Shown piece by piece: positions 48,618 through 60,675 of a DNA stretch of 64,000 nucleotides. Below the pieces are notes generated by a model, which was given only the letters and a program-made list of their open reading frames with translations, was not told where the DNA came from and did no database searches. The translations under genes and the position numbers were made by a program. How positions within the stretch are numbered: the first letter of the stretch is position 1; each line of letters starts with the position of its first letter. The stretch is from positions 23,123,648 through 23,187,647 of the forward strand of contig NC_092673.1 of NCBI RefSeq assembly GCF_964355755.1. The letters run 5' to 3'. The DNA is from Antedon mediterranea. Lineage: Eukaryota > Animalia > Echinodermata.

Positions 48618-51600
48618 TTTCATGGTATTGTTCAAATTCGATTGTTATAATAAGGCCTACATTAAATCAGGGAGTTGTTATTAGAACAACTCCCTGATTA
48701 AATCACAGTAGGCTTGACCAAGTAACAGGAAATGAAATAAACAATGTTGTAAACAAATTAATTGGACTGGGCTTTTACATTATTTTGAGGATATGCAGCA
48801 GAAAGGAGAATTGAATTTACCAAAAATGTATAAAGATTGGGCATTCACCTTTTGGTCAACTCACACTGATCTCAGAAGTAACAAAGGTTTATTTTAAATG
48901 TTTTAAATTAATTTATAGCAGCTTAGATAGTAGAAAGGAAATGGATCATTAAACTACCAACAGGTGTTAGTTTTGGCTCTGTTAAAGCGTATTATAATTT
49001 CTCCATGGTTAAAGTTACTTCAGTGCTTCCAGCTTTTAAACATTTTATATAATAAATATATACTTGGTATAAAACTGACTCAAAAGAATGAGAGAGAATT
49101 TCATTATCATCAGGAATGAACAATGACAATGGACAATTATAACTACTATGCATAAATATGTAAATGAGATATAAACAATTAGCCATACAGGGTACTGTTA
49201 CAAAGAAAATCGAAACAAAAGATGGCAGAAACAATTAAAACTTCTAATGATGGCTTCCCTCTTGGAGTCAGTAAGTTTTATGTTAAAATATAATCAGAAC
49301 GTATAAAATTATATATAAGTTATAACTGCAATATGAATGAAGTGAATGTTTTACAGAAATGCTATTCCATTCTGCAATTTCTCTAGAACCTTTTTAATGA
49401 ATGTTTAAACCAAGCGCAATTTATAGCTTTAGAGTTATTCAAAGAACTATCAATTAGTGGTAGTTTATATAAAGAATAGTATATTTATTATAATCTTATT
49501 CAAATAAACAGACAATAAATTATCATTTCTACTACCACTTCAGCTTTATTTATCCTAGCTTAAATTTATTGAAAGGAAATGTGATAAGAGATGTAAAAGT
49601 AGAAATAAGTATAAATAAAGTTTGTCCAATTATGTACCAGTGTCAATGTTAAATATTTTGTTCATGCCTATTGACTTATGGGAAGGTTTTTAAGGTTATC
49701 TTTTTTTAAATTCCAAAACATTGAAATTATAAACAAAGTTGTATAAAACATTGACTGTTTAATAAGTGGGTATATATTCAAGCTCAAGGCCTTCAAGTCC
49801 AGGATGATCATTTGGTGAATAAGGAAATATATACTTTGTGATATGGAGGAAAAAATTAATTAATTTAGTATTTAGTTTGACAGTTTTTAAAAGTATTATT
49901 ATTAAAAGTATGTATCGAAATCCAAATTATGACAGTTACTCAAAATGATTTGAATTTGTGTACTTTTTCAAGATAGAAAATATGTTCATTAAAAACTGAC
50001 TACAATATGTTGATAAATTATCCCAATTTTTTTTAAATGGGATTTTTAAAATAACGATTAAAAACATGGGAATTGATTAAGTTTTCGCTGTGCAAATGTT
50101 GGCTGCTTCGCAAAATAAAGGTTTATTCTTGACCTAACTACTATAGCATCTTTTGATCATCAGCAGTAGTATTTGGATAATTTTTGAAGTTACCTCGGTG
50201 TACTAGCTATCTATCTTGTTTGTCGTAAAGGCAGTAGTAAGCCCAGCACTGTAGCTAGTGGTGTCATTAACCGTGTAAGTTCCTCAATTTTACATGAATA
50301 TTAAATGTAAAAGAAAACATTTTTTGTTGATGACCACCCACTGATTAAGCATTTTTTTTTTGGTAGCACTAAATTGAAAATCTGACATTTTAAAGAGAAA
50401 TACTGTAAATCATTTAAACCAAAGTATGCTTTAGCTTTCACTTTAGCAAAAACTCTTTGAACTTTAATTATTTATATCCTAAATTGAAGGATCAAAAGTG
50501 CAAGAATTACTATACATAATTGACATTAAATTAGCAGTAAACTTTAACATTATAAATTCTAAATTTTAGTTTAAATCTATAATTCTATCATAAACTAATT
50601 CGAAATATATTTGATTAAACATGTTAATTTTGTTTTCCTCAATTTTCACCAAACCTCTTTAGATAATCTCTCTGTTAAATTTCCATTGGGAATGTTAGTC
50701 CTTATAGATTAATCTCATTAAGTTCAAGTGGCTGGCCAGTTGTCTTGGAGCAGGCCTAGTCCCCAGGTGCCAGCCTATTGAGATAACGTGGAAGTACTTA
50801 TATCGAAGCCTGGCAGTGCGCCAGGCAAGTGAGAACCCTGTTCATGGCAGGAATTCTTCATTCTCAATGGGATATTTACATACCAATATCATATTTGACA
50901 GATACAAGCACGATTTTACTTTACTCCACAGCTTGTGGCTTACAAATTGCATTTTTATATAGGAAAATCTACAAAAGCATTTCTTCTGCTGGTATACCAA
51001 TTGACCTGTTGCAACAACTTAGTGTTTGCATTTTAAGATAAAACAAAATATTAATATCCAAGACAAATTATTAAAATTAGTATACTTATTATTAACTTAG
51101 AGAATAGAGTAGTAGTTTTAGCATGTGTAGTATTTTCAACTTGCAGGACCATAAAAGTAAAACAAGTATCATTACACGGTATGTTTATTTGGTATAAATA
51201 TGCTTTAAATAAAATCAATGAATTAGCAAATCATGACATTTCTGGCCATTTACTTTTACTACAAAAATCTACAATTTGATAGATAGTAAGACAGTAATAT
51301 ATCTATAAGGATTGATTGATGAAGAATGAAACAGACATGTATAGTTGGAAACAGATCATGTGTGTTATACCTTTCAATACTAACAACTTGAAAGGAAAAG
51401 TATATAAGTAGTGTAACGAAATATTGATAACGTGTTAAGTATCTATATATATATTTATCATATGTTCAAACATATCCAAGTTTGAAAGGAATTGCAAAAA
51501 GAGTTGTATTCAATTGAGTAGGATTGTTCTTTTACTGAAATTGCCTTATTCTGATATTGTAGGCACAAAAAATTGGATAAATAGTCATGGCTACCAATAC

Positions 51601-51630
51601 GAGTCAGTAATCCATGCTTCCCACAACTAA

Positions 51631-51777
51631 AGCTCTGTCTACACTATCAAACTTTATGTGACAAAAAAATGTGATAAGCCCATATATGGACATGATCACT
51701 ACCATATTTAAGCATCACTACCATATTTGGGCACATCGCACTTTTTGTCAAACTAGTTTGATAGTGTAGACAGAGAT
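51631..51777. mobile_element. Harbinger-type MITE (TWA flanks)
   Basis: TAA|AGCTCTGTCTACACTATCAAACT ... AGTTTGATAGTGTAGACAGAGAT|TTA. Confidence 0.85.
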
Positions 51778-54700
51778 TTAGACACGAAACACAATAATTT
51801 TACCAGTCGTAAAATCATCCAAACTTTTGCTTTTGTGTTGTGCATCCTTGCATTGCATCAAAGTCTTCCGAACAGAATCAAACTAAACTTAAATTTCTCT
51901 AGTTGTAGGATAATCTAATAAGAAATTTAATATATTGCACAATATCAAAGTGATGCTATGTAAATTCATTATTGGGAGTATTATATTTTTGTTGAAAAAC
52001 ATATATAAAAAAAAAAATACATAATTACTAAATTAATAATAATTATTAAATTTGTTGGGCAAAAGATAATTAATTGTGAGGAATTACATGCCTTGTGTAT
52101 GACTTCTTTCTTTAATCCCCAAAGATTCTTTGAAGTATAGCAGATTACTCATTTCAAGTTTAGTCTCGTTCCTGTCCGTGGCTATCTCAAGTTGATAATC
52201 AGTCTGCTACTGTAGGATAGGTAATAAACTTTCAGAATGATTACCAAATCGGTGTATACAGTATCTAGATTATTATTGTATATCGTTGTTTGATATGAAT
52301 AATGACAACTCATGTTAAAAATGAGAATTTCTCCTAGGGGATTGATTCAATAGGGTGTGTGGGAGGAAAAAAGTGGGGCTATTCTACTATTCTGAAGTAG
52401 TAAATTAAAAAGTCACTTATGAATAAAGATTTTCGGCAAGACCTTTGCTAATTAAAACTTTTAATTGAAAATAAAGAAGCCATATTTAGTTAGGCAGATC
52501 TAGGATTTCAAAATAGGGGGAGAAGATCCAAATTCTAAATATTGTGAAATCAAGTGTTTAATAATAATATCCCTATTGTTAGACGTAATTTGTAACTTCA
52601 TACTTGCGTTTCAAACCAATTGAAAATAGATTTGTTCAATATGTATTTGGTATCAGTATCTGATAGTGCGGAGACCTGTTGCTGTGGACATTTAAAGATG
52701 TAGTGTTGTGATTGGATATGACAAATTACGTGTCTTATGATGTTTTAAGTTTCTTTTCATTCCACTTAATAGGTAATTGACATATTTGTTTGAATTTATA
52801 ACAACAATTTGACGCCTGGCTAATGATAAAGTCATCTTCATTGACAGCTTTCATCTATCTGATAAAGAATGTAGTTAGTGTAGTGTTAAATAGATTCCTG
52901 GAACACATTCCTTCCAATAATGATGTTCATATGAAAATGATATTGATATTACATAAGCAAGGATACTTTGTTCCTCAACAGTTCATTTCCCATTGATATA
53001 TTTTTCTATAGACAATACTAGCATAAATAGTATTGACGAATTTCAGATTAGGCCTCTACGGAACCAGGGGTAACCCCTACACTTTCAAACCAGATGTGTG
53101 CACAAATCTTATTCAGTCTCTATAAAGTATTGATGTAAGAATACTTAAAATTATTCTGTTATTATCACATTTTTATTTTTTTAGTTAGTTCAAAGCCAGT
53201 TCAAAGATTATAAATGACAAAAACAATTCTTTAAGAAACTGCTACAAATCTGTTTAATTTTTGAATAGAATCAAAATTTTAATAAGTAAAAAAAAAAAAA
53301 AAAAAAAACTACTTAAGCGCAATTTATAATTGCTTTATTGTGTGTCTTGACTCAATCATTATGTCTGACTCCTTTTTTTTACCTAATACTTGTGGTTTCC
53401 TGAATCCCTGAAGAGTTATATTCAGATCTTATTGTCATTTCTGGATATCTTCATGTTGTCATTGTATACAGACGTAGACATAAAAGGAAGGATGATACTA
53501 AAACAAAGCATTATTAATATAATATCTTTATTTATTTATAGAAGTAGTATTAAAACGAATTTGCCTCCAAACAGCAGTTTCAAAGTTCCAGAAAACAACC
53601 CTCCCCTCTTTTTTTCCAGCGAACAACCCACATTTTCCGGCAAACAAACCCCTCCTATTTTTTGCCAGCGAACAATCCCCATTTTCCAGCAAACAAACCC
53701 TCCCCCCTTTTATTTTAGAAAACAACAGGTCCATTTTCAAGCTAACAACGCATGTAGACACACTAAACAAAATGAACATTTTTCGCATTTGATTAACCAA
53801 AACATTGTCGGAAGACTCAGAATGTTTGTGCTTGTAATAATTAAAAGAAAATGTACACATTAAGAATACGGATGGATGATTCAAACAGGAATAGATCAAC
53901 TATTTTTATCAGCAAAAATATTAACTGTTAACAGTTTTATAGGCAATGTCTGTCATCATAGCTGAGATTAACAGAAGTGAAACTAATGGTGCAAAGATTT
54001 TACTGATAAGGTCTGAAGAAAATTAATTCGGGTGTATTCCAATAATCACAAATTTAAAGTTACATGCTTAAAAACATGTACTGTAGACATTATTGGTAGA
54101 AAGGCAGACCTTACGAGATCAAAACTCAAGATCATACTATTTCGGCACTTAGAAGTTGTTAATTTAGTATTTATGCAATAATTAATTGTAACACTTGTAT
54201 TATATTATTTATAAGGGGGCAAGGAGTAATTCACACATGTGTCATTTCCCCTACGTTAGTATTAATCATCGTTAGGGTCGCGCAAGATATCCACATACTA
54301 AAGTTATCAGTCGTCCCATCTGGAAAGTGCAGATGTCTCTTGAGAGTGTTTCGAGTCATCCCTACCATTTTAGAAGCAGGATAAAATATACAGTTAGCGT
54401 GTATGCTTAATGTAAACGCAGCAGGGAAGGGAGTAATGCTTTAGTACAGTCATTTTCTGTTTATTACATCGCCATAGAATCATGATGACATTCATAAGAG
54501 AATTCTGGCCATTGGAAAACATCTGGGGCATACGGAGACGTAGAAATTGAATCAAAATGGAAGCATTTGATAATGCGTAAACAATACATACTGTAATGCT
54601 AAATTTTACAACCCTTATTTACCCATTTTAAGGGAGATAAAACATTTTCTGAATTTCAAAAATATTAGAATCCCAGTATAGCTTTTTTTATGAGCTGCGA

Positions 54701-54921
54701 GGAGATCATGAACCAAGCAGCACTTCTGGCTGCACCAACCTTTCGTTTAGACCCTGAAGCTAATTATTATATTAGACCACACAATATAAAAAAACACATT
54801 ATCTTTGTAGATCTAAAAATACCATTAATAAGTTAGCGATATTTCTAATAAAAAAAAAGAAAAATAAGAAAATCATTCAAGATAGAAAACATTAACAATG
54901 GATGCTTTTTAAGAACTATCT

Positions 54922-55207
54922 CATCGTACTTTTTGTCAAACTAGTTTGATAGTGTAGACAGAGCTTTAGACACGAAACACAATAATTTTACCAGTCGTAA
55001 AATCATCCAAACTTTTGCTTTTGTGTTGTGCATCCTTGCATTGCATCAAAGTCTTCCGAACAGAATCAAACTAAACTTAAATTTCTCTAGTTTTAGTATA
55101 ATCTAATGAGAAATTTAATTTATTGCACAATATTAAAGTGATGCTATGTAAATTCATTATTGGGAGTATTATATATTTGTTGAAAAACATATAAAAAAAA
55201 AATATAC
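54922..55207 (+). repeat. Direct duplicate of 51734-52020 (half MITE plus flank)
   Basis: About 285 bp near-identical: CATCG.ACTTTTTGTCAAACTAGTTTGATAGTGTAGACAGAG...GACACGAAACAC...TTGAAAAACATAT-polyA. Confidence 0.93.
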
Positions 55208-56524
55208 AATCAAATAGGTAAAATGTCAATAAACCAAATTGTGTTAAACCTGATCAGTCAACAGCTTAGACTCATGTTGTGAATGGTTGCTCACTGTGTG
55301 AGAAGAATCAACGAAATTCAATGGGCATAACGAAATTGTACTCTTCATGACGTACCAATGGAGTACAGAAATTATTGAATATCATGTGACCTACAATCCT
55401 CAATCAAATAACAAGAATTTACTCAGATATGGCACAATTAAATAGTGTATTTTCATGCTGCTGCTCTAGCCCGCTACGTCACACGAGATGACTCATTTAT
55501 TAGATGAAATCAAGCAGCAGTTATACTGTAGTACTACACTTTGACATTTTTGCTAAAATGGAAACTCGACTATAATTTATAGGTACCAGCTGCATTTCTG
55601 GTATTTATGAGTCCCATGACAATACTGTATTTCACTGTCAGATAATCATTGAATTATTATCAAAACAGTCCATGAAAGTTTTTGTTTGTAATATGATACT
55701 TCACACTTGAAGTATCTAAGGTGTGATGAAGTGACCCACAGACTTGACCTTAGCAATAAAATAAACTAAATTGAGTCTGTTTCATATCAAAGTTATTCAC
55801 TTATGTAACAAAATTCACATTATAAAAAGAGAAAAGAAACGTTTAATTATAACTCTAAAACCATTGTCTGACAGACAATTGAAATATTTTTTGCTTTTAA
55901 TTACATTTTTTTCAGGTAAAATAACTATTATGTGACAATAAAATGACACATTAAAAAACAAATTTGAAATAAAAAATATTTTTCTGAGGGACAATATATC
56001 TTTAAAACTGTTACGTCAATAAGCGAGCAGCATTTTTTGTAAGAAATATTTCTTGTTTTAAATTGTAGTTTACCGATACAATCACAATTATTGAATCATT
56101 CAATTATAGAGATATAAATGCGGTGGTAGATATTTTTGTGCCGACGACCTGTTAACAATAACTTGCAGATGTTTCTAATGTCATCAGTTTCTCACTAAGG
56201 GTTTAATCTAGAAAATAATACTCAACTATTAGAAAAACTTCTCTATCTGATTTCATACTCTAAAAGCAATTTATGTAATCTTATTCCATATTTTTTATTA
56301 ATGTCTTGGCTTGATGTTGAAGGCCACAGGTTATCAAACTTTCACAAATTGTGTATTATAACTTTTCATAAAAATATTTTAGGATGCTACTTAAAGTAAC
56401 CTATTCACAAAAAAGAAAAAAAAAATATAGGTTTGTTGACCTACAAATATTTATTTTTTAATGTAAAAAATGGAAGGAGATATAACAATTTGTTTTTAAA
56501 ATTATTACATTTTTTTTCTCCCAG

Positions 56525-56754
56525 AAATTGGGCCAGTGTCAATCACCGATGACCCAGAGCAGTTCCAACAGAGCTTGCGCAACCTGTACGTACAGGGAGG
56601 TGGTGATTGTCCTGAGATGAGTGTTGGCGCTATACTTACTGCCCTCAACATCAGTTTACCAGGATCTTTTATTTACGTGTTTACAGACGCTAGATCAAAG
56701 GACTACTACCTCACGGATCAAGTTTTAAGGTTGATTCAAGAAAAAGAAAGCCAG
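56525..56754 (+). CDS. HMCN1: Hemicentin exon 2 (VWA)
   Basis: ccag|(E)[10 protein letters not shown]...[38 protein letters not shown]...LIQEKESQ|gtatga; phase 1 matches exon 1. Confidence 0.96.
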
Positions 56755-57361
56755 GTATGACCCTATGAATTCATTTAATGATGAGTTTTTCTGTAATTAT
56801 CACTGTAGACAGAGAATATGGTAATTAAACAGACTGTGATTCCTTTCTCATTTCACAACCGTTGTGGTCTGTTCAATTACCGTCTTTTTCGTCTACCGTC
56901 TCAAATCAAATGCTTGCTAAAACATTGCTGTTTGATTGATTCAGAGCTTTGCTGCCGGGCATACTTACATTCATTCCAATATGTAAAATATCATTTTAAC
57001 AAGTTTTTTTTTACATTAGATCATCATACTTCCATAAAGGAAGTGTGCATATTAGAGCTCTTTTACGTATAAGAGTACATTGACTAAACTTGGTATGACC
57101 CTGAAGTCAGCTCAAACTTTATATCAACGTTTGATTTCGCCATGCAAACCTTTAAACAATACATATATTTACTGTTATAATTATGTGATCTCACTGGCCA
57201 AACCCAGGGTCCCGGAGCTTATAGGAGCCCCTGAGCAGGACCCGGAGGAGAAATAAGGCATTAATATATTTTGAAAACGGCACTTAACTTACCAAAGAAA
57301 AATGAAAACAGAAGATTAAAGTGAAATTAAATGTAAATAATAATTTCGATGTTGTGCACAG

Positions 57362-57484
57362 GTTGTATTTGTGTTGACCGGTGACTGTGGAAACACAACT
57401 CATGAAGGATTTAAATCATATGAAAAGATTGCTGCAACTAGCTCAGGTCAGCTGTTTAAATTAAACAAATCAGATGTAGATGAG
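57362..57484 (+). CDS. HMCN1: Hemicentin exon 3
   Basis: acag|[41 protein letters not shown]|gtcagt. Confidence 0.95.
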
Positions 57485-58284
57485 GTCAGTATGTTTACAT
57501 TTTACTTGCTATTTACAGGACTAAGAATTTATTTTCACTCTTGGTCATTCACATGTCATTACCAATTTCAGGCCGGTTTGAATCCTACTCCACAATTTTT
57601 AGATGACAATACGCCGCCTAATGCGAGACATTTTTAGAAAGCATGGGTTTCCCATCCTGTATGTAAATTATAAATAACCTGATACTCATAAAGTCAATAG
57701 CGTCCAGGAACCTACAGTAAGATAGCTTAGATGCTTTAGGGATATATAGTAATAATGTTTCCGCTATTAATAGGTTGTGATCCTATTTCACGTCCGATCA
57801 CTGAAATAAGTTTTACTTTTACAGTAATTGCTTTTAGTGAAGTTTAAAATTGTTTTGACTCATATTTTATTTAAATTTAAAATGCTACCTGTATCTGTAA
57901 ACATTAATTGGCCCGAATTTCCCCCCCCCCCCCCATTATTTCTTGTGATATAAATACACGTTTTAGGGTCATTAATATTTTGAATTTCAAATGCCATTCA
58001 TGTGCGATTCCAATTTTTTTTACAATTCATGGAAGTATAATACATAAGTAAAAAAAATGTTATCACATATTGTGATTTGATAAAATGTATGCAGTATTGT
58101 AGTTTTGAAATGCTAGTGTAATAAAAGACAACATTTTATAGCGGAAGGTATTGATATTTTTTAAATTTCTCCTAAGACTCTTTATAAATCAACTCATTAA
58201 AATTTCCACTAAGCTTTTTGTTGGTGCATCCCCGGGTCAAATTCAAAGTTGTCATTAAAGTTTATCTGCTTCCCTTTTTTCCAG

Positions 58285-58456
58285 GTGTTAACATTTGTTA
58301 AAGTGACGTTACAAGCTCGCAAGGTCAACCTGCTATCAGCGGATTACGCAACTGAAGGTTTCAAAGTTCTGCGAATTCCAATTGACACGGAGCTACAACA
58401 GATCACCGTGTCAGTCAGCGGTGTCAACCCAAGAATCACGATCAGGGATCCATCAG
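58285..58456 (+). CDS. HMCN1: Hemicentin exon 4
   Basis: ccag|VLTFVKVTLQARKVNLLS...IPIDTELQQITVSVSGVNPRITIRDPS G|gtaat. Confidence 0.93.
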
Positions 58457-59126
58457 GTAATCGTATCATTCATGTTATTTCAAAATCACTTGTAGTTTAC
58501 TTTGTATTGCGTATCTGAAATATAACTCTTATGTTCCCACTGAGCCCACATGTTTTGCAAATTAAATTATTTTAGGCCAATAAAGGAAATGTCTTGGTGT
58601 ATACAGTAGGTCTGAAAAAGGCAAATGTTAAACATACACAATTTGGAATAATTACGCCAGCTCTGTCATCAAAATATTTTTATAATGTGTTCTGTTATTG
58701 ATATAATTGAAAAAAAAAAAAACATAATACAGCTTCTTTATTCAAACACATTTACCGCTTCTTAAAGACTTTTGCTGATAAAAATTACTACTTTGAAATT
58801 TAAAATTTTCAACCTAATTTCCAGCAAAGGTTGTCATATTTTATATATCAATAAATATATTTAAAGCATCTTTGCCTATCTGTTTTTAACCTTTGGCTAC
58901 AGACTTGACTGTAAATAAAACATAAAACTAATAAACTAATTTGGAGATGTGTGGACAAAGACTCGCTACTCATTTCATATGATGCGCAAGGTTATTTAAA
59001 ATTCATCCAACAAACATTATCCAAGAAGACTCCAACCAACCAAACTATTGTTTTGAACAATTTCATGGCTTATCTGGCCACTTCTTGAAAATTTACCAAA
59101 AAGATATATTTTAATTTTCTTAATAG

Positions 59127-59339
59127 GAAAACTCATTGAAGGAAAAGAACTGCTACGATTAGAAAATGGTTATGTCGTATCGTTGGAAAATCCGCGGCAG
59201 GGTATATGGCAGCTTATTATAGGAGCCGATTCTCAATATGAGCTTAGGGTGACAGGGCTTAGTTCTTTAGACTTTGCCTATGGGTTTGCTAAGCAGCCAA
59301 TATACAACATAGAAGGTACAGAGCGCAGACCAATCAGAG
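59127..59339 (+). CDS. HMCN1: Hemicentin exon 5 (absent from the ORF track)
   Basis: atag|(G)KLIEGKELLRLENGYVVSLENPRQGIWQLIIGADSQYELRVTGLSSLDFAYGFAKQP...TERRPIR G|gtaggc; in phase. Confidence 0.92.
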
Positions 59340-59864
59340 GTAGGCAGGGTATATCTATTTAAACATTGATAATTTTTAATGTAATAAAATTATGTAGCCT
59401 ATAAAGCAGTTTTCTAGTATGGACCTGTTTGAAATTTAGAAACACTATTGCGAGTCAGGTAGAACATAGTCTTTCTGGACCCAAACGTAAGTGTAAATGG
59501 GGTCATAGTCTTTCCAAATGGCCCATAGAGGAATCCAGGGGGCAGGTCTAGCACTGTAAGCTCATGGGTTTTAAGGACATCAACCCTTTTGTTTAACCTT
59601 ATTTTAAATTTGTTTATTATTTGATATCATTAGTAGCTTTTTGTGTCCATATGAAATATATTAACAGGCTGGATTTACCTGTTCAGAACTTTAATTAAAT
59701 AAATAATGAAATTTCTCAATTGAATCAGTTTTATTAGTACCAATTTCAGTTATATAGTATAAAATAATAATATTTATAAATTGTGTCCATTCCTTAATAT
59801 GATACTTATTTTTGTCTACATTGTACATTAATATCATGGTATTATTTGTTTTATTTTCCCTCAG

Positions 59865-60122
59865 GAATTCAAAATTATCTTGTTATCGAATCCAAGAAAC
59901 TTTTCCCCCCTGGCGTAATCACAAGGACCGAATTCTTAACTCTGAGTGGAGAGGTGATATCCGAGTATCCTCTACAATACAATCCTGATAATCCTCTATT
60001 TTACAATATGTCATCGGTGACCACACCGGATGAGTATTTTTACATCAGAGTGTCCGGTGTTGACAGACAGAACTTTGATTTTCAACGTACCACGAAAACA
60101 GCTATCAGCCTGTTAATACCAG
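59865..60122 (+). CDS. HMCN1: Hemicentin exon 6
   Basis: tcag|(G)IQNYLVIES...PDEYFYIRVSGVDRQNFDFQRTTKTAISLLIP G|gtaaac. Confidence 0.92.
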
Positions 60123-60530
60123 GTAAACATAATTGATATCACCCCTTTAGGTCTAAGTTCAACATCAGATATATTTTATAGTTAACATGCTCATTGGTGG
60201 TAAAGGTACACAGTTATAACAAGCTAGTGTGGTGAAGGGCCAACTCTTTCTTTTTTATTAGTCTTCTTTAAAGAGTGATGCTGATATCAGTCATAGCACT
60301 GCTTTCCACTAGTGCCATCTAAATACAATATACACCGTAAATACAATACATCATAAATACCATATACAATTTACCTGTTACATTTTTATTTTTCAGTAGG
60401 CTACTTTTAAATTTGTGTGTTTATTTGTAATTTAATTTCATTTAAAGAATTACATTTGTCATAAACTATTTGATACTATAAAACAGTAATAACATTTCAG
60501 ATAATTTATTGTGATATTACATATTAACAG

Positions 60531-60675
60531 ATCCACCTAAAGTGTCAATGCCAGCCCACTCACCTGGTTACTATGATACAAACTCTTTCCTGACATGTTA
60601 TGTTGAAAGTATGGTTCCAATAGAAGTCCAGTTCAAGAGGAATGGTGCCTCCATCGGAGAAGTATTGTTCTTCAG
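60531..60675 (+). CDS. HMCN1: Hemicentin exon 7 (first Ig domain, N-half)
   Basis: acag|(D)PPKVSMPAHSPGYYDTNSFLTCYVESMVPIEVQFKRNGASIGEVLFF AG|gtaagg. Confidence 0.9.

Noticed and set aside
53390-53899. Overlapping 157-aa and 123-aa ORFs
   Set aside because: Open only because of a degenerate short tandem repeat (CCAGC.AACAA.CCC..TTTT); no splice or protein signal.
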